Below, piece by piece: positions 23,301 to 36,289 of a DNA stretch of 64,000 nt. Positions within the stretch are counted from its first letter, which is position 1. Every line of letters starts with the position of its first letter. Under the pieces are notes generated by a model. The model made no database searches. It was not told where the DNA came from and worked only from the letters and a program-made list of their open reading frames with translations. Origin of the DNA: Lophium mytilinum (Eukaryota). The DNA lies in assembly GCA_010093605.1 (NCBI GenBank), contig MU004198.1, positions 684,726-748,725 on the forward strand, in the 5' to 3' direction. Position numbers and translations under genes: made by a program.

Positions 23301-24376
23301 CCTTCTTACTATCCAGAATCTGATTGATCTTATTGCCGAAAGAAATTCGACTTTCAAGATCGGCTCCATATTTCAGAATCGTAGCTGTGGTTTGCTGGCT
23401 CTTCCTAGCGGCCTTTCTTCTGAGTGGCCTTTTAGGACCAGTGGCTTCTTTCGTGTCTTTCGATACAGGCGAGCTGAATCTACCCTTGCTGTTGATTCTC
23501 AACTGTTTTTTCTTCGGCGAAATTGCTTTCGGCCTAGCCTCCTTCTCGCTTTCATTCTCCTTCTCGCCTCCAGGTGTAGTCTCAATATCCAGCGTGCGGG
23601 GTATATCCAATGGCTGTGCCGAGGGCAGCGGTGGAGAAGATGGAATGACCGCGTCGTCATCGACTATCTTTGGCGTGTTCGGGACAGCTTCTTCCTGTCG
23701 TGGAAGAAGTCGAGGGGGTTCATAACGTGGACTTGAGGTCTCGACTAGTACTGTATCTGACTTTGTCGCCTCCGCAATAAGCTGTTCGTGCCATGGAGGT
23801 AGGGACGGTTCGGTAATATCGTGCGCGTTGGGTTCCAGACCGACAGCGGAGGGTTCGGACAAATGTATAGCCTTTGGTGGAGGAGAGGCGGTCTTCCTTC
23901 GTTTCCGACGGTCTGCATTTGGGTCTTCTACCAGAGAAGGCTCATACCCTGCTACAGAGGCTGTAATCGTTGGCTTGTTGTCTCCTGACGCGTTCGAAAT
24001 GCCGGGTTCTTTCTCGGAACTGACGATCTTAGGCCTCTGCGTGAAGCTTTCTAGAGACGCCTGTTTCGACTTCACCGATCCGTTGCAGCCGCTCTCCTTG
24101 GGCTTGCTGCTCTTCCTTCCCCTCTTCTTCTTGTTTCCGGGTGGTGCATCGATATTGTTCGGTTCACCCTCGTGGGTTTGCTCCGTTTCAGGCGCGAATG
24201 CCGTCTGCTCAGGTTCGATTCGCTGCTCGTTTTTCTCTGGAGATGGAATTCCTGGACAACTTTAGTCAACTGAAAGACAGAAGTCTACAATACATACGTT
24301 TGGTTTTGGAAAAGAATGGATGCAGCGTCTTATGCTCCCCAAAGTTCATGGCCGACTGCACTTCGGCGAGAGCCAT
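20305..24376 (-). CDS. ELG1: Elg1/ATAD5 RFC-like AAA+ ATPase (PCNA unloader)
   Basis: Walker A GPHGCGKT in [40 protein letters not shown], plus SLILLEEVDILF and SKRPIIMTC. Exon 1 is 24376-24298 (MALAEVQ...LHPFFSK). Introns 24297-24252 and probably 21084-21034. Confidence 0.88.
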
Positions 24377-24514
24377 TCGAGAGGTGATGGACTACCTCAT
24401 CCCCCAAGCTAGCGGCGGTGCGATGGAATTTGAGCAGCGGTGTTGTAGTGAGGGCTTCAAAACCGAGCGAGCTGAATAACAGACGATACGGCGTAGTATA
24501 ATGAGGTGAGTGAG

Positions 24515-24543
24515 TTTCGCGTTGGTGAACACGAATCGACGCG
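24515..24543. promoter_or_regulatory. Possible MCB/SCB-like G1/S elements upstream of ELG1
   Basis: TTTCGCGT (ACGCGAAA on minus) at 24515-24522 and ACGCG at ~24539, 140-170 bp upstream of a DNA-replication gene. Short motifs; function is inference. Confidence 0.3.
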
Positions 24544-25158
24544 CTCGCATTAACGAAACCCATCGGGCCGTTTATTGGTCACAGCGCGCGGTCATGTTGG
24601 GCAGGGGAAAAGTGGCACACTTAAGCAGTTCTGCACCGTCTGAAGTGGCCCGTAGAGCTATCAGTCTTTGCCAAAGCTAATATTTAATTAATAGCCGTAG
24701 CATACTGGGGGACATCAGGCGGTGTTCAATGAAGGTGTACAACCACGAGAATATTTGATTAACTATACAATTCATAGATTGCCAATTTCTACTGCCACTT
24801 ATCTGCTACGCTGCCTTACCGTATGGCTACTTTATCTAATAGGTAAGTGCAACTGTCTGCCACTGCTTGAAGTGCTTCAAGAAGTTCTAACAGAATCTGC
24901 ATCAAAGAATTTCTGTCTTGTTTATAGCTTTGGAAATGCATGGAAGCACCACAAGCAGCAGCAGACGGATATACAGAACACCTAGATAGAGTGCCACTTT
25001 GATTATGCCCCGCTGGCGGCCCACTTTAATTTGTACGGCGCCAAGACTTACGAAAAAGTTCACGCCCGCAGTTGAGCTCGACCCTTCACCAAACGGCACC
25101 AATTCCCTTACTTCACGACCCACGCGAGCGCCGGAACGACGCATTCTCCGATACTACA

Positions 25159-28100
25159 ATGTCGGCCGCCAGGGAGCTCGACGCCCCGCACACATTGGCT
25201 TCGCTGCCTCAGCCTTTCGATTCGAGCAATGGCCGCACTGTCGCTGCTGGAGTGCATAGCTTGAGTGGCTCCAAGAAGAGGAAGAGGACTGAAATTGCTA
25301 CTGGGGTTGATGGAGAGGGTGTCAGTATATACAGTGTAAGTTGCAATATCTTAGCGCGCGTGTGTAGTTGAGGATTGGGATAGTCAAGAGGTTGAACCTT
25401 GAATTGAGTTGGAGTGTACGCTATATTGGATCCATTAGGGCTTGGGATAGCAGACTGGCTTATGGCCGTAAACTCTGATGGTATACTTGGGATATAGAGT
25501 GGATTTGGTTTGCTGGGGACATCGATAATTTGGGTGGGAATATTAGCTGACGAAAATCCTATCCAGGTCCACTCGCCGCAGCTTGTAACCTCCTACGCTC
25601 TCCCACCGCATACGTACTTAACGGCAGCGCCCTGCTCTGTGTACCGGAAAGGATCAAAAACACGAACTTCTCAGCGCTTTACTTACGCGCCTGTCGCACA
25701 ATCGCTGGCGGGGTCAGACGCTCAAGTAATTTGCTTCGCTGAGGACGTCCGGAAAGGCGATACGAACACTTTAAGAAAGTCTACTTTCAGCATACCCAAG
25801 GGCGCGAGCAAAGTCGTTGCACTTGAAGTCATCCCTCTCGTGGGTACGGATGAAAACCCTGCTCTAGATCACGATGTCATCAGCATTCACGAGGGTGGTG
25901 AAGTCTATTGCTTTTCCGCGGACCTCAAAACCACGCGGTGGGTTTGTGACGCTAGCGACCTTGCTACCGCCCATACCGGAAAGAAAAGCAGCATGCTCAT
26001 TGAGTACGTCTGCTTGACCACCGCCAAAGCGGTCCGCCAAGGACTATTGAAAAGCCGTAACGACGTGTTGACCGTCCTAGACCCATCCCTGGGTACTCAA
26101 GAGGAGTCTTTAGATGCGACACTTATCCTATGCTTAGTTGCACGCGACGCGCATTTGCTGGAGGACAATCATCGAACCCTGCAGATTCTTGCCATTCCGC
26201 CCCGATCTTCTGACGCCATCACCAGCCGCCGCCCAAGGATACAGCATATACTAGCTTGGCAACTCCCCAGTATCGCTCCTCTTACCGGCTCAAGTTCACA
26301 AGATAGCCCCGTTTATTCGCTTAACTCCAAGTTTGGCATCCTGCATCAACTCATCCAAGGCGTGATAATTACATACGACTTGTCCGGCACCGTTCCTCGA
26401 ATTTCATCGAAATTAGAGGTTCCGGGAACTTCGTTGCAATCCTTCGTACAGCTGTCCTCAAGCCTTTTGTTTGCGACCTCCGAGAAATACTGTGGCATAT
26501 TTGATGTCAAATACAACTCCCTCCAAGCCCTTTGTACGTTGACATCGGGTTGGGGCATTCCGGCAGACTCTAAGAAGAGAAAAGCGTCTTCGAATTTTGG
26601 TCCTAGATCGGCTCCCAAGCTCTTGGCCTATTTCTCAGACATCGACATGGTGGTAGGGTTGGCCAACGGAGAACTGATTGGAATCCAGTTAGGAATCGAA
26701 ACGACCACATCGAGAGGAAGAAAAGACGTAGAAGCTCTTCTTATCGACTCCATCGGCAAGGGACTTCGGCCCAAGCGGCAGAAACCGGAGCTTCCCAAGC
26801 ACTGTACTGAGCCGCTTGACAAATGTGTCGCGAATCTTCCTAACGACTCCCAACAATCTAAGCGCGATGCCAAACGCGAGGCAAAAATGAACAAACATGC
26901 GGAACATGGCAATGTGATTGAGTTTGAGAAAGTTTTCACCGCCACCGTGGGTGCTGAAGTCGTAAAGAAAAAGGTCGAGTCAAAGTCTCTTGTGAACGGA
27001 GGAGATTCAGCCTCACAGAAGCTTTCGAATGGCACGAAGACCGATCATGTGACCAACGGATTTAGAGTATCCAACAACGAGGACAACGCAAAAACCAAAG
27101 TTGCTGAGACGTCGCGAGACGAGTGGAAGCTTCCAAGGACAATTTCAGACTCATCCCGACACCTGTACCGGCGCCACGCAATCTACGCACTTGGAAAGAT
27201 ATTTTCCTGGACCCCGTCCGTGAATGGAGAAAGCCACTCTAAATCAAGTCGGACCATTCCCTCGTCAATCGTCCTTTCATTTTACCCCCCAAAGGTTTTC
27301 AAATGGCTTTTGCGGGGTGGGTATCTCACGAAGCAACTGGTGGAGCGCGCTCTGCAAGAGCAGTCGTCTCACGATCCCACCGAGGTCAAGTCTATTGCCG
27401 ACGGAGATCTCATCGCAGCAATTTTCAACTTCGATCCGGAACTGCAAACACTCCAGTTGGTCTTGAGCCAGCCAACCTTCCTACCAATTGCCGAAGTTGT
27501 TCAGGCCGTTAAGCTCGTAATACAAAGTTTTGACGATGATCGTGCTCCTCAGTCTACACCCCGGCTACTCACCAACGGCGCGACATCCAATGACGACGAG
27601 GATGGGATGGACATCGACTACGAAATCGAGGCAGCATCCCAAGCCCTGGACCACGCACAATCGCTTCTCAAAGAAGATAGTCTTGTTACTCGCGGCCAAG
27701 CAATTCAGCACACTCTTACCAGATTGCATTCTTTTCCTCCTCCGCTAATCACCTCTGCGCTGCGCAACAATTTGACGCACCATGAGATAGGTATATTGAC
27801 GGGCCTACTGCAAATCCAGCTTCGTAACGGCGGGTGGTCATCCTACTATATGGAGTCTGGCGCGGATGAAGGAACTGATGAGCTGTACGATCACTCGATC
27901 AAGATTATCGTCGCGCTGCTCACCTGCGCGCTCGATGCCATTGGCATTGGTGGTTGGCTCGCAGCCGCCAACGCGCCAAATGTGGAGGACTCAACGGCCA
28001 ATTTACTTGAGACACTAAGCCAGGAAGTCACAGACACGCTGACGGGTGTCTGGGAGACTGTTTGCTTGAAAGGCTTTGTGAGCGATTTCTTGAGGCATGC

Positions 28101-28365
28101 ATGGAAAAGTGACAGGCAAGAAAGCAAGCGACGAGAACACATGGCACGGAAGGATCATAAGCCAATTCTGGTATCTCGACGAGACGACGAAGATCCCGAC
28201 GTGATGCTTCAGGAGAATATGCTGCCTCTGGGTTCGGGCGAGCCCGCGCTTCAGGGCACTAAGATTGGGAGCAACGGCGTGGTGGCGGTGAGAAGCAAGC
28301 GAGAGATGGGTACACTGATCAGTCGGCGAGTGCCCAAGTATAGCGTTGAGCGGATCGTGATATAG
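25159..28365 (+). CDS. UTP8: U3 snoRNP / SSU processome component Utp8-like
   Basis: Exon 1 (25159-25335) MSAARELDAPHTLASLPQP...KRTEIATGVDGEGVSIYS, intron 25336-25566, then VHSPQLVTSYALPP... ending PKYSVERIVI. This matches my recollection of Pezizomycotina Utp8. Confidence 0.78.
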
Positions 28366-29125
28366 ATATCCTGGATCAGGTTCAACAAATGCGAAAAGGA
28401 AAATCACTACAGTTGTTCTTGATACATACGTATTCGATAGCATTGTAGGTTTTTCTCGGTTTACCATGTAGGGGTTAAGTAATACGGGCAGCATGCGTAC
28501 ACTCATTTGCCACTGTTCAAGGTTCTTCCACAGAGCCTAAAACACAACTCGGATGTGCTACTGCCGCATACATATTTGTGCAGAATTCAATCCTGATAGC
28601 TGTTCTTCTATTGGATCGGGCCTCTTTTGGAAATAGTGTCTTGGTGTCTTGGGCACAGACTAAAGGCTTGGTATCGTAAGGTTGTCATTGTAACTGACTA
28701 GATTTCCTGAGGCCCATGACACTATTAGACGGGAGCCGGACACGAATCATTACCGCGTGCTGCTGCGAGGTCGCTCGTATCGCCACAATCTGTAACTCAA
28801 CACCGCTCGAATTGCCTATTCAGATACTGGAGATAGAGCACGGTCCATCCTCGATTGCGGTGATCTGCGGTATGATGCAGGTGGCGCGAAGCTCGGCTTG
28901 ACGCCCCATTTTCTGTTCCGCGATCCGTGCTGACTGACACGAAAATAACCCTGTGCCCAGCTTACCAGTGCGTTTCAGGGGAACCAATACGAGCTAAAAC
29001 ACCTTCCGCTTGGTGCCAGCCCTAGCTAGTGGTTGATTTCATCCCGGCGAGCCGATCCCTCCGTCCAACATCGGCCAACTCACAACACCGAACGCGCTCC
29101 ACTGCCCTCAACTTTTTCTTTGCCA

Positions 29126-32100
29126 ATGGCTTCTCCAGAGCCCTCACCTGGCGAACAGGCGAAAGCCTCTACTGCCTCCAAGATGTCGACATCGAGCACA
29201 GAGGGCGCTGACCAGCCGAATGCGAGCGCCGCCGTGACCAAGAAGCCATCGAAGGTTAAGCAGTTATGGGGCAAGGTGGACCTGGATGTCGGGACTACTC
29301 TGATTATGATGAAGTATGTTCCAGCCTTCTGGTGTACGTTTTGTCGGTAACTCACGTGTTCATAGGGCTGCGCTTCCTCCTACAATTGCTCTAGCAATGT
29401 AATACTCTACTGTCATTACTTCAATTCACGCTCACAGCTCTCTAGGTATCAATCCGATGCTGTTGCCACTCAGTACGGCACACTCGGGTATCTCGTGGCC
29501 ATTATCTCGATTCTTGGATTTTGCATTATGCCTCGCGCCAAGTTCATCCAGACAATGCTCATGAATATCATCGCTACCTGTATTGGCGCTGCCGTTGCGC
29601 TTCTTATGATCTGGAGCTCCATACAAGCCCGGAAACACACCACTCCCGCTGGTGCTCCATTGGCCGGATACAATTCGTCCCAATCCGCCGTTTGTGCTAT
29701 CTGGCTGTTCTTCCAAATCTATATCATCAACTCCATCAAAGCAAAGTTCCCTCAATTCGCTTTCCCGACCATCATCTACTCCATCTTCGTCAACGTTGCA
29801 GCTACGTATGGTCCCATGTTTGGCACCATGACCCAAGGAATTTCTTTTGCGAAACGCCTTCTGGAAGCTTTCCTGACAGGATTTGCCCTCTCCACCGGAG
29901 TGTCTCTATTCGTAGTTCCGATGAGCTGCAGACTGGTCGTATTCAAAGAGATGACTGGTTACATCGGTGTATTGAGGGGAACGCTGCAAGCACATAAAGG
30001 CTACATGCTGAGTCTCGAGACTACTGACATGTTTTTGCCAGACGTCACAAACACCAGCGAAGACAAGAAAGGCCACAAAGTAAAGAAGCCCAAGGAGAGA
30101 CCAGAAGTCGCCGCCGTCAAGAAGAGTATCGCTGCGCTCACCGAGTTGCACGGGAAGCTCAATAGTGACCTCCCATTCGCAAAACGCGAAATCGCATTTG
30201 GCAAACTAGGTCCAGACCAATTGGAGGAGATGTTCAAGAAGCTACGTGCCATCATGGTTCCTACGTTGGGTTTGGGATCATTGGTAGATATCTTCGGCCG
30301 ATATGCGGAGATGAACCATTGGGACGCCTCGCCTGAATCGAAGCAGCAGGATCCTGAGACACAGGCGCGTAAAAACAAGGCCGTTAAAGAGTGGAATGAG
30401 ATCATGAAGTCTGTCCACGAGCCATTCTCAGCCATCATTCAGGTCATGGACGACGGACTTGAACATGCTCTTTTGACGCTCGAATTAAAGAAGGCTCCGA
30501 AGAAAAAGAAGAACGCAGCACAAGACGTTGAGGCTAAGGGCGATACTGTGAAACCGGGAGAAGCAGGATTCGCGGATTATCTAGACGGCCAAACAGAACG
30601 ATTCTACCAAGGCAAAGAACTCGCGCTCAGGGAATGGTGTAATCGCAAAGGCATCAACTTACCCAACGACTTTTTCGAACATCCTTCACACTACAAAGAT
30701 GTCCCGTCGGACGACGTGGCTGATGACGATGACGGCGAATATAACCGAAATTCAAAGCAGCTTTACCTCCTACTCTTCGTAAGCTCTCCTCGTCCAATCC
30801 CGTCCGTGGAAACACAGTTCAATGGGAAATGAACATCATACGCGCTTCCATTATCTCCCGGTATAATCTGTTAACTAATGCCCTTGTGTAGATGGAGTTC
30901 TTACTCTATTCCGTCAGCCGTGCCATTCTCGACCTCGTCCGTTATGCAGATGAGCAAGTTTCGAACGGCAAAATGAAGAAGTCGAAGCTTCTTATGCCAG
31001 GCAACAGGCGTCTAAAGAAATGGCTGGTTAACATTTTCAAGGTTGAGGATTCTACCGCTGAGGACACCACTACAACTGGCGACGTCGACGGAAACAAGTC
31101 CACCATATATATGGGCGAGGCTTACAGTGCCCGAAAGGATCCGGAACATCTTCCGCCGCAGACTGCATGGGAGCATATTGGAGACTTCATCCGAATCTTC
31201 CCAAGATTTCTTCGATCATCCGAGTCAGCCTTTGGATTCCGTGCTGCCTGTGCTACAATGTCCATCGCCATCGTTGCATACCTTCATGATACTCAAGCCT
31301 TCTTTGTGAAGCAACGGCTTGTATGGGCAATGATCATGGTGGCCATCAGTATGACACCCAGCGCTGGTCAGAGTGCATCAACATTCTTCCTCAGACTCAT
31401 CGGAACCGTCCTGGCCATGGTCTTGTCGTTCCTCATGTGGTATATCCCCGACGAAAAGACTCCTGGCGTCATAGTCTTCCTGTTTATTTTTGTGTCTCTT
31501 GGCTTCTACGTTCCGATCAAGAAGCCGAAGTTCATCATCGTTGGACTCATCAGCGTCGTCACCGCTACCATGATCATTGGATACGAACTTGAGGTCAGGA
31601 AAATCGGTAAACCCGCAGCAAGCTCCAACGGCCAGCCATACTATCCGATTTACACACTAGCACCGTACCGGCTCGCAACAGTTGCAGGAGGCCTTTTCGT
31701 AGCATTCGTCTGGACGTTTTTCCCATACCCAATCTCCGAGCACTCCATTATCCGACAGAGCCTCGGGTGTGCTCTTTATTTGTCTGCAAATTACTACTCT
31801 ATCGTTCACGAGACCGTCCGTGCTCGGATTCGCGGTGATGAGGGTGACTTAATGACGAAAGGCAGCCCTGGAAAGAAACTTGAGAAGGCTCGCCTTAAGG
31901 TGTTCTCAAAGCAGATGCTAGTGCTCGAAGGTCTGAAGATGAACACTGCTTTCCAGAAATGGGAAGTGCCCCTTGGCGGCAAATTTCCAAAGAAAGAATA
32001 CGATACCATCATCCAATGCGTTACCAAGTAAGCTATCCACACCCATTAGATGCGAGAGGACATCTGCTAACGCATACCATCAGCATCGTACAATACATGT

Positions 32101-32613
32101 CCCTGGTTGGATACGCTTCTCACACCTTCACGGACATGAACTCAAATCATAGCGACCCTTCAGAGAACGAGTGGTTTGAAGACTTCCGACGGCTGATCAG
32201 TTCAGTCAATGTTACGTCACATGAGATCACTTCACTTCTTGCTCTGCTCTCCTCGGCTATTACGAATGGCCAACCACTGCCCCCCTATCTTACGACCCCC
32301 AAGCCTTACCAACTCTCTGCTAGGGTCCGGGCTCTTGATAGAGACATATTGAGCGTTCGAAACATCGCCGAGCCTGGCTATGCGGCTTTTGCAGTCATGC
32401 AAATATCTACACGTTGCATTGTCGGGGACCTCGAGAAGCTCCTAAAGTAAGCACAATATCTATTTTTGACCGTTGAATCCGTCTAATGATGTCCTCAGAA
32501 GTGTAAGAGTGTTAGTGGGAGTTCTCGATTTCTCATTCCACACCGTCAGCACAAATAGCTCAACCGCGAGCTCTTCCAGCACGACGCTCTTTAAACCGAG
32601 CAAGCAAGAGTAA
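29126..32613 (+). CDS. FUSC / aromatic-acid-exporter-like membrane protein (ArAE_2/DUF2421, Bre4-like)
   Basis: Two multi-TM blocks with motifs RKDPEHLPP, SAFGFRAACATMSI, RLVWAMIM and FFPYPISE. About 6 exons, including a short exon at ~29365-29398. Stop TAA at 32611-32613. Confidence 0.85.
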
Positions 32614-32661
32614 ACCGCCACATCTTTCCTTATCGCCTCTCCGCCTATATACATCACGATA

Positions 32662-33861
32662 TCAATCCGTCTGCAACTCGCCATCGCAAAAGATCCTCCC
32701 ATCCTTCGTATACCTCACGTTGACCTCCCCTGCTCTCTCCCTATCCATCGCCTCCTTGCACTCCCTCTTTCTCTGCTCTACCGTTCGCGGCAGCACGGCT
32801 CTCGTCTGTACTCTCAACATGTGCACCTCGTTCTCAACTTCGACCACGCGCTCATATAACTTCGTCGCCTTATTTCTCGCCGTCGCCATACAAACCTGCA
32901 CCCACCCCTCAAACTCCACAATATCTTTCTCTAGCAGCCGCGCTGGGTATACTTCGTCATGCCACCAACCTTGGAGGTACACTCGATCAGCTTCCCGCTT
33001 GTACAAGAGCTTTCCTGTTGCCCTCACTACCTGTCCGAGTTTCGCTCCATCCTCTACGCAGGCCCATGCTATCGCGTGGAAGTCTGGCTTCGGGTTCTTG
33101 AGCGACGTGATAGGTGTCAGGTCCAGCAGTAGCTCGTGGAGTCCGTCTATCACAGTCTCCGCCCGCTTGTATGCCGTGACGGTGATCTGGAGGAGGAGAA
33201 TCTTGGCGCGGATCTCCCGGGGACGGTTGGGGGTCAGCAGGGCGATGTCGTCGGTGCCTGTTGGGCGGGGATCGAAGAGGAGGGGAAGTCCGCTGCGAAG
33301 GGTGGTTGGTTGGAGGCGGCGGTGCTTGGGGACTACGGTAATGTAGGAGTTCGTCCGGCTAGGGACAAGAGAGCTGGATGGCGGGATGCGGCGTCTTGAG
33401 ATTGAGGTTGCAACAGCCCTATTATCTCCGCGCGTATTCCGCGGTACGTTTGGATTGCAAGGTACGGTTAAAAAGGCACGGCGTCGCGAGGCTTGCGCTT
33501 GGGTTAGAGGAGCCCTAGCAGTTGAGTGTGCCTCTCGTGAACCTACTACCGCGGGCAACTCTGGTGAAGATGGCGGCATCGAGCTAGGTCTAGAGCTATC
33601 TCCCTTGGGTATGTGTGTGCTCGGGATCGCGTATTGTTGGACACCCCTAGCCTTCAGGATCCGTATAGTTATGCCGAATCCGAAATCGAACACTCTTCCT
33701 TCCTGGTTCGCATTCGCATATTTTTCCGGCCAACAGTAATGGTCCAACCCCGTGAACACGAGATGTCCGAGGAGCATCCAAAGGGTCCTGCACACGAGGT
33801 AGAGGAGCCAGCTCCATATCCATACTACGCAAACCACCGGGAGAGCAAGAAAACTGTCCAT
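32662..33861 (-). CDS. Orphan hypothetical protein, 399 aa, N-terminal hydrophobic segment and C-terminal helical/coiled region
   Basis: Intronless ORF with ATG; no family recognised. Confidence 0.55.
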   Translation of the reverse strand: MDSFLALPVVCVVWIWSWLLYLVCRTLWMLLGHLVFTGLDHYCWPEKYANANQEGRVFDFGFGITIRILKARGVQQYAIPSTHIPKGDSSRPSSMPPSSPELPAVVGSREAHSTARAPLTQAQASRRRAFLTVPCNPNVPRNTRGDNRAVATSISRRRIPPSSSLVPSRTNSYITVVPKHRRLQPTTLRSGLPLLFDPRPTGTDDIALLTPNRPREIRAKILLLQITVTAYKRAETVIDGLHELLLDLTPITSLKNPKPDFHAIAWACVEDGAKLGQVVRATGKLLYKREADRVYLQGWWHDEVYPARLLEKDIVEFEGWVQVCMATARNKATKLYERVVEVENEVHMLRVQTRAVLPRTVEQRKRECKEAMDRERAGEVNVRYTKDGRIFCDGELQTD

Positions 33862-34417
33862 GAGATCTCAATGCTTGAGGCGAAGTCAGGTGGTTGCTGT
33901 AGGATCTGCAAGTTGCTTGCTTCTCCATCTCCGTTTCCCAAGCGACCCTTTTATCCCCAAGACCGTCTCTACACAGGTGAATCTTCCAGAAGCTCCCAAG
34001 TCGCCAGGCCGCGGATGCAAACCGCTCCCTAGCTCCTCACTCACAACTCCCGGGACCGCGCACCGTGCGCGCATCCACTCCCATGGCCGACGATCTCACT
34101 CCTCACCCTTCCTATTGTCGCGGGCCGACAATAAGAACCCATCAATAGCCAACCTTCCTATTGTTCCGAAATTCTTCTTATAAGCTCCTCCTCCACCCTT
34201 CCCTCCTCTCCATCTTCACAACCTCAACCGCGCTCACAACCAACCTCAAACCCACAACCAGCGCCTTACCATCCACTCTCTGCGCGTCTTCTCACAACCT
34301 CACCGCACCACAACCCACTCTCAACCCCGTCAAACCCGGTCGAAGTGTCTTCTCACACCCTCACCGCACCTCAACCCACCCAACACGCCGTCAAAACCTC
34401 TCTCAACCAGCCTCAAA

Positions 34418-34885
34418 ATGCGCGCCCGCTCCATCGCCATCACCGCCCCCTCCGGCTTCACGCCCCTCCGCAACCAGCTCCTCTCGCCGACTTGGTTCGC
34501 GCCGCGTTGGAACCGGCGGAGTGCGCCTTCGCCCACCACACCGACGTTCGCTCAAACCAACTTCTGTCTCGCCGCGACCTTCACTCAGGCCACCTTCACC
34601 GAGCCCGCCTTCACCACCGAACCAGGCCGAAGCGCCATTGACGCGCGGATGATGGCGTTCCAGGCCCCGAAGCGTCGCAAGCTCAGCACCAGGGAGTTTG
34701 TGGAGGTGTTCCCAGCCGTGGAGGAGAGGGGGGATGCCGCTGGCACTGGAGTTTTGGTGGCGGAGGCACTTTCGGGATCTGGGGTGGTGGGGAAGGGGAA
34801 GGGGAAGGAGAAGGAGGAGGGGTGGGGATCGGGGAGTGAGGAGGGGAGTGAGGATAGTATGGAGATTGTGGGGGTGGATGTTTGA
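34418..34885 (+). CDS. Possible small orphan protein, 155 aa
   Basis: ATG in caaaATG context, NLS-like PKRRKL and an acidic tail. It could instead be an artefact of low-complexity skewed sequence. Confidence 0.3.
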   Translation: MRARSIAITAPSGFTPLRNQLLSPTWFAPRWNRRSAPSPTTPTFAQTNFCLAATFTQATFTEPAFTTEPGRSAIDARMMAFQAPKRRKLSTREFVEVFPAVEERGDAAGTGVLVAEALSGSGVVGKGKGKEKEEGWGSGSEEGSEDSMEIVGVDV

Positions 34886-35059
34886 GCTGGTCTTGGCATG
34901 GGAATCAGTCTCTGAATATGAATCGAGCTACTATGGATATGGATATGAGCTACTACTGCCTACGGTTTTGATGCTGGGTTGACACTGTGTGAGGTGGCTT
35001 AGTGAGGATTTCGGGGCGTGATATGTGTGGTTTGGAGGAGCTGGTGGGCTGGTTGGGGT

Positions 35060-35440
35060 ACTTCTGACGGTGGTGGAGAGGTGTAGGTAGATGGCTAAGC
35101 TGGACGCGGTATGAATGTGAAGTATTAGTTGCTGCTGCTTGCACTCGTTTGATACTGCGTGAGGTGCCCTGGTGAGCTTGTAGGAATGTAATATATGTCG
35201 TTTTGACGACCTAGAAAGATAGCTGGGCCACCTCAGACGGTGGTAAAGGGGTGTGTGCAGATGGCTGAGCTAGATGCAGCATCAGAATACAAACTACTTC
35301 CGTTTATTGCTTACACCTGTTTGATACTATATGAGGTACCCTGATGAGCTTCTAGGAATGTAATATACAACGTTTTGACAAGCTGGAAAAGTAGCTGGGT
35401 CACCTCAGACGTTGGTGGAGAAGTGCACACAGATACTAAG
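35060..35440. repeat. Degenerate tandem repeat, ~171-bp unit, ~2.3 copies
   Basis: Anchor c(t/a)gacg(g/t)tggt at ~35064, 35234 and 35406. Blocks gtttgatact...tgaggt.ccctg.tgagctt.taggaatgtaatata and cgttttgac are repeated. Confidence 0.85.
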
Positions 35441-35890
35441 TAAAGAACGGACATTTCTCTTCCTCGCGCATCACCTCAAATTACGTGTATTGTATCGCCA
35501 TTTTGCAGTATAGGTTGCTACTAAAAGCGCTCCACGCATATGCAGATTTGAGCTACAGTCGATGTTATCTTTAGAGCTCGTGTATTAGTTACGCGCGTTC
35601 CGGAGTAAGAATTCTCTCCTCTTTATATAAGTAGCCTAGATTAAAACTATCCTTTCATCTATTTGGTAGTGTATGCAGGTATTTAAGACACCTCATACGT
35701 AACTAGCTTTAGGATAGGCCGATGTCATTTCCAGAGCTTGTGAATTGGATCCCTTTCTAGTGAGGCTAGATTTCCTTCCTATTCAATTAGGTAGCCTAAA
35801 CTAGACCTATCATAGGGTTGTTTTAACGGTGTATGCATATATTTGAAGTACCCCATGCGTAATCCGCTTTGGAAGAAGGCCGATGTAATT
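35440..35890. repeat. 161-bp degenerate tandem array, block A
   Basis: Anchor gatgt at 35561, 35721 and 35882. gtgtatgca...attt and aggccgatgt recur at the same spacing. Confidence 0.8.
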
Positions 35891-36289
35891 CGTGCACGCC
35901 GATGCCCGTGGCCGTCGGCTTTTCGTCGCTCTCCAAGTCCGCCTAACGGATCCGAACGCTGTCGATACCGTTAGGCCTGCGATGACGAACGGATGCCTCG
36001 TCAATATAGATACTAGGCCTCTCGTGAGCGCTGGCTTAGCGGCGGAGATTAAGACGGCTATAGAGAACGAGGCGGTTGGATAAGTAGAGCTATTAGAGAC
36101 CATTCTCCATTTCAGCCTAGCTAAACATCGTGATTTTTATAGTTAGGATGGAAACACTACTCGATTGCGAGCACCCCCTTCGGCAGCGACCAGTTTTACT
36201 CTCCCTGCATAAGCCTATTAGAGAGGGCAATAGTGCGTATGTACACATTTGAATTCAAAGACCTCAACGACGTTGTGGCGAGGTTAGAG

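Noticed and set aside
25336..25566. Intronic snoRNA in the 231-nt UTP8 intron
   Set aside because: CTGA is present, but no convincing RTGATGA box C or terminal stem.
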